Positions 42,985 to 52,481 of a stretch of 64,000 nt of DNA are shown here, piece after piece; position 1 is the stretch's first letter; each line of letters starts with the position of its first letter. The DNA is from an uncultured Chloroflexia bacterium (GTDB lineage: Bacteria; Chloroflexota; Limnocylindria; Limnocylindrales; CSP1-4). A program made the translations under genes and the position numbers. The stretch is taken from NCBI GenBank assembly GCA_963813335.1, contig CAWEYL010000004.1, positions 93,252-157,251 of the forward strand. Direction: 5' to 3'. The notes below the pieces were generated by a model. The model ran no database searches and had not been told where the DNA came from. It saw only the letters and a program-made list of their open reading frames with translations.

Positions 42985-43079
42985 GCCGCTCCCCGAGGTG
43001 AGGCCGCTCCCCGAGGTGAGGCCGCTCCCCGAGGTCCCGCCGCTCCCCGTCGTCGAGCCGCTCCCCGTCGTCGAGCCGC
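42985..43079. repeat. 18-bp minisatellite x5 (gccgctcccc-core), inside a 36-codon relay ORF 43086-42976
   Basis: Units at 42985, 43003, 43021, 43039, 43057. Confidence 0.85.
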
Positions 43080-43082
43080 CCC

Positions 43083-43931
43083 TCAAAGCCCCGTCTCGAA
43101 CAGCCGGATGTCTTCCTTCGCGATCGTGTGCCCGTCGCCGCGGGTCGGGTCCAGCGCCGCCCGCGCCCCCAGCGCGTCGAGATCGGCCGGGAACCGCCCG
43201 ATCAGGTCCAGCACGACCTTCTGGATCCGCTCCGCGTTGGCCTGGAAGACCTCCAGCACGTCGGTCGCGTTGACGGCCTCGGTGCCCTCGTGGACGCCGG
43301 CGTCGTAGTCGGTGATGAGGCTGATGTTGACCACCGCGATCCCGAGCTCGCGGCACAGCCACGCCTCGGGGTACTGGGTCATGTTGATGACCTCCCAGCC
43401 GGCGTCGGTGAACCACTTCGACTCGGACTTCGTCGAGAACCGCGGTCCCTGGATCACGACCACGGTCCCCTGCTCGTGGACCGGGATGCCGTGGTCGCGG
43501 ATGGTGTCGATCGCCAGCTGGCGCAGCACCGGGTCGTACGTCTCGGCCGACGACAGGTGGGTCACGATCGGGCCGTCGTAGAACGTATCCACGCGCCCGC
43601 TCGTCCGGTCGACGAACTGGTCGCACACCACGAAATCGCCGGGCTTGACCGCCAGCTGCAGCGAGCCGGCGGCGCACGGCGAGATCGCCGCCTTCACCCC
43701 GAGCGAGCGCATCGCCCAGACGTTGGCGCGGTAGTTGATCTTGTGCGGCGGGATCGTGTGGCGCCGGCCGTGGCGCGGCAGGAACGCGACGCGCCGACCG
43801 GCGACATCGGCGAGGAAGATCGAATCCGAGGGCGCCCCGTACGGCGTGTCCACCTTGATCTCGCGCACGTCGTCGAGGAGGGAGTAGAACCCCGAGCCCC
43901 CGAAGACGCCGATCTCCGCCGTATCCGCCAC
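43083..43931 (-). CDS. mtnP: S-methyl-5'-thioadenosine phosphorylase
   Basis: IGVFGGSGFY, TPYGAPSD, LPRHG, NYRAN, DQFVDRT, GPRFSTKSES, INMTQYPE, ITDYD. Confidence 0.92.
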   Translation of the reverse strand: MADTAEIGVFGGSGFYSLLDDVREIKVDTPYGAPSDSIFLADVAGRRVAFLPRHGRRHTIPPHKINYRANVWAMRSLGVKAAISPCAAGSLQLAVKPGDFVVCDQFVDRTSGRVDTFYDGPIVTHLSSAETYDPVLRQLAIDTIRDHGIPVHEQGTVVVIQGPRFSTKSESKWFTDAGWEVINMTQYPEAWLCRELGIAVVNISLITDYDAGVHEGTEAVNATDVLEVFQANAERIQKVVLDLIGRFPADLDALGARAALDPTRGDGHTIAKEDIRLFETGL

Positions 43932-44010
43932 GCTGTCGCCTCCATCGCTGTCTCGACCGGCGACCGCGGCCGGGCCCCCGATTCTAGGCGTCGCGGACTA
44001 CGATGGCGTG

Positions 44011-44682
44011 GTGACCGTCACCGATGCCGGCTGGGCCCAGGGCGACGGCTCGGCCGCGGACCGCCTGTGGCTGGCCGACTGGCGCCGCCGCGTGGCCGCG
44101 CTCTACGCCGACGTCCGGGCGCTGGCCGCCACGGACCCGGTCCTCGCGCACGCCCACTGGCGCAACGAGCGCGAGCAGCTCTTCCGCGACCACCCGCAGT
44201 CGCCCGTGCCGATCGCGGACCGCGCGACCTTCACGGCCCGCCATTTCGAGCACGACCCGGGCCTCCGCTTCGAGGCCGTCGTGGAACCGGCCCCTCCCCC
44301 GGCGCCCGGTGCGTTCGCGCTGGAGCTGCCGAACAGCGGTGCCGACAGCCTCGCCTTCAGCCGCCTCGGAACGGTGTCCCTGCCACTCCCCGGAGGCCCA
44401 CGCCAGCTGTCCGTCTTCTGGATGGCCGGCTACGCGGGCGGCCTCTTCCTGCCGTTCCGCGACGCGACCAACGGCACCGAGACCTACGGCGCGGGCCGCT
44501 ACCTCCTCGACGCGGCCAAGAGCTTCGACCTCGGCGGCGACCCGACGAGCGGCACGCTCGTCATCGACTTCAACTTCGCGGTCCAGCCCTCGTGCGCGTT
44601 CGATCCGCGCTGGGCCTGTCCGCTCGCGCCGCCGGAGAACCGGCTCGACGTGCCGATCCGCGCCGGCGAACGCCTCGCGTGA
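44011..44682 (+). CDS. DUF1684 domain protein
   Basis: HPQSP, LFLPFRDATNGTETYGAGRYL, IDFNFA.QPSCA…CPLAPPENRL…IRAGE. Confidence 0.88.
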   Translation: MTVTDAGWAQGDGSAADRLWLADWRRRVAALYADVRALAATDPVLAHAHWRNEREQLFRDHPQSPVPIADRATFTARHFEHDPGLRFEAVVEPAPPPAPGAFALELPNSGADSLAFSRLGTVSLPLPGGPRQLSVFWMAGYAGGLFLPFRDATNGTETYGAGRYLLDAAKSFDLGGDPTSGTLVIDFNFAVQPSCAFDPRWACPLAPPENRLDVPIRAGERLA

Positions 44683-45233
44683 CCGCCACCGAGCCAGGGT
44701 TCGTCGTCGAGCCCCACATCCGGCTCGCGACCGTCGCCGACGCCCGGCGGATCGCCGAGATCCACATCCGCGCCTGGCAGGACGCCTACCGCGGCCTCGT
44801 CCCGGACGCGATCCTCGACGCCTTCGACATCGATGTCCGCACGGAGCGCTGGCGGGAGACCTTCGAACGCGAGGCCGCGACCGACACCCCGGAGCGAACC
44901 TGGATCGTCGAAGCCGAGGGCGAGATCGCCGGCTTCGCGCTGGCGGCCCCGGCCCGCGACGAGTCGGCCCCGCCGCCCGAGGGCGCCGGCGAGATCGCGG
45001 TGATGTACATGGACTCGTGGTGGCGTGGTCGCGGCCTCGGCCGCGCGCTCCTCGCCCGCGTGGCCGACGACCTCGCCTCCCGCGGCTTCGAGCCGATCGT
45101 CGTCTGGGTCTTCGAGGCGAACCGCGGCGGGCGCCGCTTCTACGAACGCGAGGGCTTCCGACTCGACGGGGGGCGCAACGTCATCGACTTCGACGGGAAA
45201 CCCATCCCGGAGGTCCGCTACCGGCGGCCCTGA
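44679..45233 (+). CDS. GNAT family N-acetyltransferase
   Basis: HIRAWQDAYRGLVP, WRGRGLGRALL, WVFEAN…FYEREGF. Confidence 0.88.
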   Translation: MTATEPGFVVEPHIRLATVADARRIAEIHIRAWQDAYRGLVPDAILDAFDIDVRTERWRETFEREAATDTPERTWIVEAEGEIAGFALAAPARDESAPPPEGAGEIAVMYMDSWWRGRGLGRALLARVADDLASRGFEPIVVWVFEANRGGRRFYEREGFRLDGGRNVIDFDGKPIPEVRYRRP

Positions 45234-45282
45234 CCGTCCGTCCCAAGACCCGGCGGACCGTTGCCTCGCGTACCATCGGGCC

Positions 45283-45702
45283 GTGACCCTGTCCGACCAG
45301 TCCCGTGCCTTCCTCGCGCGCGACCACCTGTTCGCGACGATCGCGACCATCGACGCCGACGGTGCGCCACACCAGGCGGTCGTCTGGTTCCGTTTCGATG
45401 GCGACGGTCTCGTCATCAACAGCCTGGTCGGCCGGCGCTGGCCATCGAACCTGCTGCGCGACCCGCGGATCAGCGTGTCGGTCACGGACCCGGACGACGG
45501 CTACGTCTGGCTCGGCATGACCGGGAGCGCCGCTGCCGTCACGGACCAGGCGACCGCGCAGGCCGACATCGCCGAGATGGCCCGGCGCTACCACGCCGAC
45601 GAGCCGGGCAAGGCCGACCGCCTGATCCGCGACCGCTTCTCCAAGCAGGAGCGCATCAGCTTCCGGATCGTCGCCGAGAAGGTCCACGAGGAATTCGACT
45701 GA
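45283..45702 (+). CDS. PPOX-class (split beta-barrel) probable F420-dependent oxidoreductase
   Basis: ATIATIDADGAPHQAVVWF, NLLRDPRISVSV; in operon with cof genes. Confidence 0.83.
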   Translation: MTLSDQSRAFLARDHLFATIATIDADGAPHQAVVWFRFDGDGLVINSLVGRRWPSNLLRDPRISVSVTDPDDGYVWLGMTGSAAAVTDQATAQADIAEMARRYHADEPGKADRLIRDRFSKQERISFRIVAEKVHEEFD

Positions 45703-45722
45703 GCGCCGGGAGGGCCGACACG

Positions 45723-46647
45723 ATGCGATTCGGGCTGCAGCTGTGGTCGCAGCAGACGTCCTGGGCGGGGTTCCGGGACGCGGCCGTGGCCGCCGACGAC
45801 GTCGGCTGGGACTCGATCTGGACGTGGGACCACCTGTTCGCGATCTTCGGCCCGTGGGAGCAGCCCATCTTCGAGGGCTGGTCGGTGCTGGCCGGCCTCG
45901 GCCCCATCACCAAGCGCGTCCGACTCGGCCTGATGGTCGGCGCCAACACGTTCCGCAACCCCGGTCTCACCGCCAAGCTCGCGACGACCCTCGACCACCT
46001 CTCGGACGGGCGGGCGGTCCTCGGCATCGGCGCGGCGTGGTTCGATCGCGAGCACGAGGGCTTCGGGATCCCGTTCGGCGAGACGCCCGGCTGGCGGATC
46101 GACCGCCTCGACGAGTCGGTGATGCTGATGCGCCGCCTGCTCGACGGGGAGCGCTTCAGCCACGAGGGCCGCTTCTACACCTTCGATGATGCGCTCGTCG
46201 CGCCGCGCCCGGTCCAGGCCCACCTGCCGATCCTGATCGGCGGCTCCGGGCCGAAGAAGACGATGCGCACCGTGGCCGAACGGGCCGATGCCTGGAACAC
46301 GTCGGGCACCGTCGCGGAGGTCGCCGCTCGGCTCGAGATCCTCGCCGAGCACGGCGCCGCGGTCCGGCGCGACGTCTCCACCATCGAGCTGACCGTCAGC
46401 TTCCCGATCCTCCTGCGCGACACCGCCGCGGCCGCGGAAGCCCGGTTCGCGGAGCTCCTCGCCGCGAACGGCATCGAGGAGATGCGCGAATTCGATCCCC
46501 CTGCTCGGCTCGCCGGCCCAGGTGGCCGACGCGATCCGGCCGTACCAGGAGCTCGGCTTCGGGACCGTCATCGTCCGGATGCCGGCCCCATACGACCGCG
46601 AGACCATCGACCGGATGGCCGAGGTCGGCGCGCTGCTGGGCACGTGA
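45723..46647 (+). CDS. LLM-class F420-dependent oxidoreductase (frameshift near 46488)
   Basis: WTWDHL, FEGWSVL, NTFRNPGLTAKLATTLDHLSDGR, ILIGGSG.KKT. Confidence 0.88.
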
Positions 46648-47580
46648 AGGTCGTCGTCCTCGCCGGCGGGACCGGCGGCGCCAAGCTGGCGCACGGGTTC
46701 CAGCTGGCACTCCCCGCCGGCGACGCCACGGTCGTGGTCAACACCGGGGACGACGTCGAACGGCACGGGCTGCTGGTGATGCCCGACCACGACGCGATCC
46801 TGTACATGCTCACCGGCACGTTCGACGACGAGCGTGGTTGGGGCGTCCGGGGCGAGACCTGGACCGTCATCGATGCCCTGGCCGAGTACGGCGAGGAGAC
46901 GTGGTTCCGCCTCGGCGACCACGATTTCGCGACCCACATCGCGCGCGGCGCGCGGCTGCGGGCCGGGGCCACGCTCACCGACGCCGTGCTGGACCTGCAG
47001 CGCGCCCGCGGCGTCCCGACGCGGATCCTGCCGATGAGCGACCAGCCCGTCCGCACCCAGGTCCGGACCGACGACGGCTGGCTCGACTTCCAGGACTACT
47101 TCGTCCGGCTCCGCCAGGGGCCGGACGTGCGCGAGGTGCGCTTCGACGGCATCGATGCCGCCCGGCCGACCGAGGCCGTGGCCGCCGCGCTCCAGACGGC
47201 CGACGTCATCGTCGATCGGCCCCTCGAACCCGATCGTCTCGATCGGCCCGATCCTCGCCGTGCCCGGGATCGCCGAGCTGCTGGCCGCGGCCCGCTCGCG
47301 CGGCGTGCCGGTCGTGGCGGTCAGCCCGATCATCGGCGGGGTCGCGCTCAAGGGCCCGGCCGACCGCATGCTCGCGTCGCTCGGGCACGGGTCGAGCGCG
47401 TCGGCGGTGGCGGGACTGCTCCGGCCGTCGATCGACGCGTTCGTGCTCGATAGCGCCGATGCCGGCCTCGAACCCGAGATCGCCGGGCTCGGGCTTCGGA
47501 CGCTCGCGACCGACACCGTGATGGCCGACGACGCCGGCCGCGCCCGACTCGCGCGGACCGTGCTCGAGTTCGCGCGGTGA
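46644..47580 (+). CDS. cofD: 2-phospho-L-lactate transferase CofD/FbiA (frameshift near 47213)
   Basis: LAGGTGGAKL, VNTGDD, WFRLGD.D, PMSD, FQDYFV, GPSNPIVSIGPIL, VSPIIGG..LKGPAD. Confidence 0.92.
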
Positions 47581-48221
47581 ACGTGCTGCCCGCCGCCGAT
47601 CCGCCCCGGGTCGCGGCGATCATCCCGGTCGGCACCGCCGAGGGCGCCAAGACCCGGCTGGGCGAGACGCTCGACGCCGAGGAGCGGCACGAGCTCGTGG
47701 ACGGGTTCCTGGCACGGACCGTGGTGACCGCCCTGGCCGTCACCCGATTCGCCGACGTCCTGGTCGTCAGCCCGGACCGCGAGCTACTGCTCCGCGCAAC
47801 GGAACTTGGTGCGCGGACCCTCCGGCAACGTTCCCGTGGCCTTCGCGCCGGTCTCGCCGACGCACGTGCCGACGTGGTCGCCGGCGGCGCGATCGCGATC
47901 GTGGTCCTGCCGATCGACCTGCCGTTCGTCAGCGTCGAGGCCGTCGACGCCGTCGTCGATGCCCTGCTCGACGAGCCCGGCCCGACCGTCGTGCTCGTGA
48001 CCGACCGCCACGGCACCGGCACCAACACGCTGGCCCTCCGGCCACCCGACGTCATCGAGTTCGCCTTCGGCCCGGGGAGCCGCGCCGCCCATCGCGAGCG
48101 TGCGACCGCGGCCGGGGCGCGCTATGTCGAGCTGGGCGGGCCGCTCACCGTCGACCTCGACACCCCCGAGGACCTGGTCTTCGTCGAATCGGCCGCCGCG
48201 GAGGGCCTCGGTGTCCACTGA
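47577..48221 (+). CDS. cofC: 2-phospho-L-lactate/PEP guanylyltransferase CofC/FbiD
   Basis: IPV…AKTRL, DLP, DRHGTGTN, FGPGS, DLDTPEDL. Confidence 0.9.
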   Translation: MNVLPAADPPRVAAIIPVGTAEGAKTRLGETLDAEERHELVDGFLARTVVTALAVTRFADVLVVSPDRELLLRATELGARTLRQRSRGLRAGLADARADVVAGGAIAIVVLPIDLPFVSVEAVDAVVDALLDEPGPTVVLVTDRHGTGTNTLALRPPDVIEFAFGPGSRAAHRERATAAGARYVELGGPLTVDLDTPEDLVFVESAAAEGLGVH

Positions 48222-48990
48222 CGCCGGCGGCGCCGTCTCGGTCGTGGCGCTCGACGGGATCCCCGAGATCCGCATCGGCGACGACCTGCCGGCGATCATC
48301 GTCGGGGCCATCGAGGGCACGGCCGGGGTGCTGCCGCTGACCGAGCACGACGTGCTGGTCGTCACCCAGAAGGTCGTCTCGAAGGCCGAAGGGGCCATCG
48401 TCGACCTCACCGGTGTCGAGCCGCGACGGGAGGCCATCGAGTTCGCCAAGGAATGGGATCGCGATCCGCGCCAGGTCGAGGTCGTGCTGCGCGAGGCGCG
48501 CCGCGTCGTCCGGATGGCGAACGGCGTGATCATCACCGAGACGCCGCACGGGTTCATCTGCGCGAACGGCGGCGTCGACGCCTCGAATGTCGGCCCGGGC
48601 TCCGGGTCGATCGTGACCCTGCTGCCGCGGGATCCCGACGCGTCGGCCGACCGGATCCGGGCGGCCGTCTCGGCCCGCTTCAGGGTCGACGTCCCGGTCA
48701 TCGTGTCGGACTCGTTCGGCCGGCCGTGGCGCTGGGGCATCGTCGATGTCGCGATCGGCGTCTCCGGGCTCCTGCCGCTGGAGGACCTCCGCGGCGTCCC
48801 CGATGCCGATGGCCGCGTCATGCGCTCGACCGTGCGCGCCGTCGCCGACGAGCTGGCGACCGCCGCGGAGCTGGCGCTGGGCAAGACCGCCGGCCGACCC
48901 GTCGCCGTGGTCCGCGGCGCGGCATTCCTGCGCGGCTCCGGTCGCATCCGCGACGGGCTGATCCCGGTCGAGATGGACCTTTTCCCCTAG
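48211..48990 (+). CDS. cofE: Coenzyme F420-0:L-glutamate ligase CofE (no nitroreductase domain)
   Basis: PEI..GDDL, TQKVVSKAEG, CANGGVDASN, LLPRDPDASA, DSFGRPWR, ADELA, DLF. Confidence 0.92.
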   Translation: MSTDAGGAVSVVALDGIPEIRIGDDLPAIIVGAIEGTAGVLPLTEHDVLVVTQKVVSKAEGAIVDLTGVEPRREAIEFAKEWDRDPRQVEVVLREARRVVRMANGVIITETPHGFICANGGVDASNVGPGSGSIVTLLPRDPDASADRIRAAVSARFRVDVPVIVSDSFGRPWRWGIVDVAIGVSGLLPLEDLRGVPDADGRVMRSTVRAVADELATAAELALGKTAGRPVAVVRGAAFLRGSGRIRDGLIPVEMDLFP

Positions 48991-49054
48991 TCGCCGGGTT
49001 CCCCCCCAGGCGCCGGGGGCTTTGGCCGCCCCACCCCGCGTCCCCACCGCCGGA

Positions 49055-49295
49055 TATGCACCTTTTCGGCCCTGGGACACCTCCGAAAAGCGTATGCACC
49101 TCGGCTGCATACGGCGCGGACCGAGGTACGGCGGGCCGCCCCGGGCGGGCGCGACGCAGCGGACGGGCGCGGCCTCCCGGACGGGCGCGGCCCCGCACGG
49201 GCCGCGTGGCGACCGGGACGACCATCGTGACCCCCGGATATGCATCCGAGGTGCATCACGTTTCTGAAGGGAACTCCCCGCGGCAATCGTGCATA
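49055..49295. repeat. Inverted-repeat element copy 1 (TATGCAC-N31-palindrome arms)
   Basis: TATGCAC 49055, TATGCACCTCGGCTGCATA 49093-49111; inverted arm TATGCATCCGAGGTGCAT 49239-49256 and GTGCATA ending 49295. Confidence 0.85.
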
Positions 49296-49335
49296 CAGCG
49301 CCTGGCGAGGCGCCCGGGCGGGCTTGCGAGGGCGC

Positions 49336-50412
49336 CTACCGCGCCTCGTCCCAGAGGTGGCCGGGGACGTGCACGGCCTCGCCGGACTCGGCCGCGGCGT
49401 CGATCATCAGCCCAAGGTAGTGATCGTGAACGCCGTCGGCGAGGTCGCAGAAGCCGGGGCCGCCGCCCAGATACGCCGCCATCCGGACCAGGCACGTCGC
49501 GATGGCCAGCTCGTCGTCCGACAGCCGGGCGCCGACGAACTCGTTCCGTGCCACCCACTCGCCGTCGAGCGTCAACCCCACCAACCCGAGCCCTTCGAGG
49601 TTGCCGTCGCGCCCGGTCTCGTGGCGGCGGATCTCGGCGATCACCGGGCGCCGCCCTCCCGCGAGATACCGCACGGTCGCGTCGTGGATCTCGCCGCGCT
49701 CGCCGCGGACCAGCACCCGGTTCGAGCGGATCCACGAGAAGTACTGGTCCTCGGTGAAGTCGAAGACGGCCGAGCGGCCATCGAAGTCGAGCGTGGCGAT
49801 CACCTGGCTCGACGGCACGATCCGCTCCTCGCGCGGCGGACCCGAGCGGTCGGGTCCCGCGACGATCGTCGACTCGAATCGCTGGGCACGGATCGTCACC
49901 GGCCCGAAGCGATCGCCGAGGAACTGGCGGATGAGGTTCACGCCGTGGTAGCCGTGCGCTGCCGACACCTGCACCTGGCTGATCGTCCCGAGCCGCCCCG
50001 ATCGCGCGATCGCGATCCGTGCCGCGTGCAGCGGCTGGAACTGGTACTGCTCGGCGATCTGGATGCGCGCGCCGCTCCGACCGAGCGGTGCGAGCCGGTG
50101 CAGGCCATCGATGTCGGGGGCGGGCGGCGTCTCGGCGAGGACCGGGACCCCGCGCTCGGCCAGCTCGCCGAGGAGCACCGGCGTCACCGGCCACGGCACG
50201 CTCAGGACGACGAAGTCGGGCCGTGTCGCGAGCAGCTCGTCAAGGGTCGACGGTGTCGCGACCCCGAACGCGCCGGCGACCGCCTCGCGGGTCTCGACGG
50301 AGCGGGTCAGCAGCCCGGAGACGCGGAACCGGTCGGGCAGCTCGCGCGCGATGCGCAGGTAGTGCTCGGCCCGCCAGCCGCTCCCGATGACCGCGAACGT
50401 GATCGGATCCAT
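49336..50412 (-). CDS. Gfo/Idh/MocA family oxidoreductase
   Basis: FAVIGSGWRA Rossmann fold, VLAETPP, AEQY, HGYHG. Confidence 0.85.
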   Translation of the reverse strand: MDPITFAVIGSGWRAEHYLRIARELPDRFRVSGLLTRSVETREAVAGAFGVATPSTLDELLATRPDFVVLSVPWPVTPVLLGELAERGVPVLAETPPAPDIDGLHRLAPLGRSGARIQIAEQYQFQPLHAARIAIARSGRLGTISQVQVSAAHGYHGVNLIRQFLGDRFGPVTIRAQRFESTIVAGPDRSGPPREERIVPSSQVIATLDFDGRSAVFDFTEDQYFSWIRSNRVLVRGERGEIHDATVRYLAGGRRPVIAEIRRHETGRDGNLEGLGLVGLTLDGEWVARNEFVGARLSDDELAIATCLVRMAAYLGGGPGFCDLADGVHDHYLGLMIDAAAESGEAVHVPGHLWDEAR

Positions 50413-50493
50413 GTCCCGCTCAGGCTAGCGGGTCGGCGGGTGTGAGCGTTCATGCAGCCGATACGCTCACGCCCCGCCGGTTGGTTTCGAGGT

Positions 50494-51270
50494 CTAGTCG
50501 ATCAGGTAGACCACCGAGACCGTGACCGTGACGTCGTTGGTGCCGACGTTGATCGGGGTCGGGCTGTCGGCGGCGAGCGCCTGCGCCTTCCCGGCGTCGT
50601 AGTAGACCGGGTACGGGGTCGGGGCGCTGGTCTCGCTGATCGATGCGACGCCGGTGATCGCGACGCCGGCGCTCGTCGCGAGCGTGTCGGCCATCGACTT
50701 CGCCTGGGCCATCGCCTGCTGGCGGGCCTGGACCTGGGCCTTGGCCGGATCGTCGACCCGGAAGGTCACGCCGTCGAGCGTCGTCGCGCCGGCCGCCAGG
50801 CCGTCATCGATGGCGTCGCCGATCTTGTCGAGGTCGCGGATCGTGACCGAGACGCCATTGGAGAGGGTGTAGCCGGTGAGGCGCGGCGGGTTGCCGTTGT
50901 TCGAGTAGTCGTACACGGGCTGGAGGCTGAGGCCACTGGTCTGCAGGTCCGCGTCCGCGATGCCGAGCTTCTTGAGGGCCGCGATGATCTTCGTCATCGA
51001 GTCGGCTGCGGCGGCACGGGCGGCCTTCACGGTCGACTTCGTCACGGACACGCCGAGCCGCAGGTCCGCGACGTCGGGGCTGATCACGACATGGCCGGTG
51101 CCGCTCACGCTGATGGTGTGCTCGGGCGCCTGGTCCGTGGCGGCCAGCGCGTTCCGTGGCGCGAAGGCTGGACTGGCGACCGCCGCCCCGAGCAGCCCGA
51201 TGGCCAGGCCGATGCCGAGCCAGCGGATCCGGGCGGTCGGAAGCGTGAAGGTGATCGTGGTGGGCTGCAT
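50494..51270 (-). CDS. SIMPL domain (DUF541) protein
   Basis: ISVSGTG.V…PD.A…GV, DLQT….QPVYDY, AMAQAK..A..LA, V.V.V.Y end. Confidence 0.88.
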   Translation of the reverse strand: MQPTTITFTLPTARIRWLGIGLAIGLLGAAVASPAFAPRNALAATDQAPEHTISVSGTGHVVISPDVADLRLGVSVTKSTVKAARAAAADSMTKIIAALKKLGIADADLQTSGLSLQPVYDYSNNGNPPRLTGYTLSNGVSVTIRDLDKIGDAIDDGLAAGATTLDGVTFRVDDPAKAQVQARQQAMAQAKSMADTLATSAGVAITGVASISETSAPTPYPVYYDAGKAQALAADSPTPINVGTNDVTVTVSVVYLID

Positions 51271-51324
51271 GGCTGGGACTCCCGGTCTGTCGCGGGCGAC
51301 ACGTGCGGTCGCCGATGCCGCGGA

Positions 51325-51351
51325 GACGCGGAAGTCGTCGTCAGGGTTTCC
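51325..51351 (-). promoter_or_regulatory. ECF-sigma-type promoter upstream of the SIMPL gene
   Basis: GGAAAC-17 nt-CGTC on the minus strand. Confidence 0.55.
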
Positions 51352-51384
51352 GGCCGGTGCCGCCGGGCACCGGGGACGTGGGCC

Positions 51385-52464
51385 CTAGGGCAGCGGCCGC
51401 CAGGTCTGCCCGAGCAGGAAGGCCCCGGCCAGCAGCACGACGGCGACCGCGACGAACGCGACGCTGACCTCGGTCACCTCGTGCTTGGTGATGAGGTTCG
51501 TGGGCAGTTCGGCGAAGACCTTCTCGAGTTCGCTGGCGCTCTCGGCCGGGTAGTACTCGCCGCCGGTCGCGTCGGCGACGGCCCGCAAGGCGTCCTCGTC
51601 GATGGCCCGCCGGAACCCGCCACCGCCACCGCCCTGCCCGACCCCGCCACCGCCGAACGCCCCGCCGTTGTCGCCGGGCTCGCGCCCGATGAACGGCGAC
51701 CCGCACGACGCACCCGCCGCGCCGGGGTCCGCCGTGCCGAACCCGATGGTGTAGACGCGGATGCCCCGTGCCGCGGCCTGCGCTGCCGCGTCGAGGGGCT
51801 CGGGGCCCGCGTTGCTGGCGCCGTCGGTCAGCAGCACGATGATCGCCGGTGCGTACGCCCCCTTCGGCACTGCCGGCGGCGCGACCGCGTTCGGGTCGTT
51901 CCCGTCCTGGCTCTTCGCCACCGACGGATCGACCTCGGCGATGGCGTCGATCGCCTCGAGGATCGCGCTGCCGACCGCGGTCCGCCGCCCGGTCTGCAGG
52001 CCCTGGATGACGTCGAGCAGGACCTCCTGGTCGTTGGTCGGCGCCTGCACCGTCTCCGCGTACCCGGCGAACGCCACGATCCCGATCTGGGTCGTCGCGC
52101 TCTGCCGCTCGACGAACGCCGACGCGGCCTGCTCGGCCGCGATCAGTCGGTTGGGCGGGATGTCCGCGGCGCACATGGAGCGCGACACGTCGAGCGCGAG
52201 GACCACGGTGGTCTTGCCGGCCGGGACGGACACGATGGCGACCGGACGGGCCATCGCGACGACGAGGCCGGCCAGCCCGATGAGGACCAGCGCGAACGGC
52301 AGGTGGCGTCGGATCCGTGAGGAGCGCGGCACGGCCGCGTGGATGAGCGACAGGCTCGAGTAGCGCAGGCCCGACCGGCGCCGGCGCATGGCCCAGATGC
52401 GCACGCCGAGCAGCACCGGCAGCACGGCCAGCAGCACGAGCAGCTCCGGCCACAGCAGGCTCAT
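51385..52464 (-). CDS. VWA domain membrane protein (BatA-like)
   Basis: N-terminal BatA-like TM, LDVSRSM MIDAS, LLTDG, TIGFGT, C-terminal TM. Confidence 0.88.
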   Translation of the reverse strand: MSLLWPELLVLLAVLPVLLGVRIWAMRRRRSGLRYSSLSLIHAAVPRSSRIRRHLPFALVLIGLAGLVVAMARPVAIVSVPAGKTTVVLALDVSRSMCAADIPPNRLIAAEQAASAFVERQSATTQIGIVAFAGYAETVQAPTNDQEVLLDVIQGLQTGRRTAVGSAILEAIDAIAEVDPSVAKSQDGNDPNAVAPPAVPKGAYAPAIIVLLTDGASNAGPEPLDAAAQAAARGIRVYTIGFGTADPGAAGASCGSPFIGREPGDNGGAFGGGGVGQGGGGGGFRRAIDEDALRAVADATGGEYYPAESASELEKVFAELPTNLITKHEVTEVSVAFVAVAVVLLAGAFLLGQTWRPLP

Positions 52465-52481
52465 CGGCCGCCTGCCCTCAC
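52461..52481 (-). other. Relay mini-ORF (GTG AGG GCA GGC GGC CGA TGA) between the two VWA genes
   Basis: GTGA overlap with upstream stop, ATGA overlap with downstream start. Confidence 0.45.

Noticed and set aside
45230-45286. CTG-initiated relay ORFs at 45230-45286 and 62494-62441(-)
   Set aside because: Phase fits, but both gaps contain their own -10 boxes and need CTG starts, so chance is sufficient
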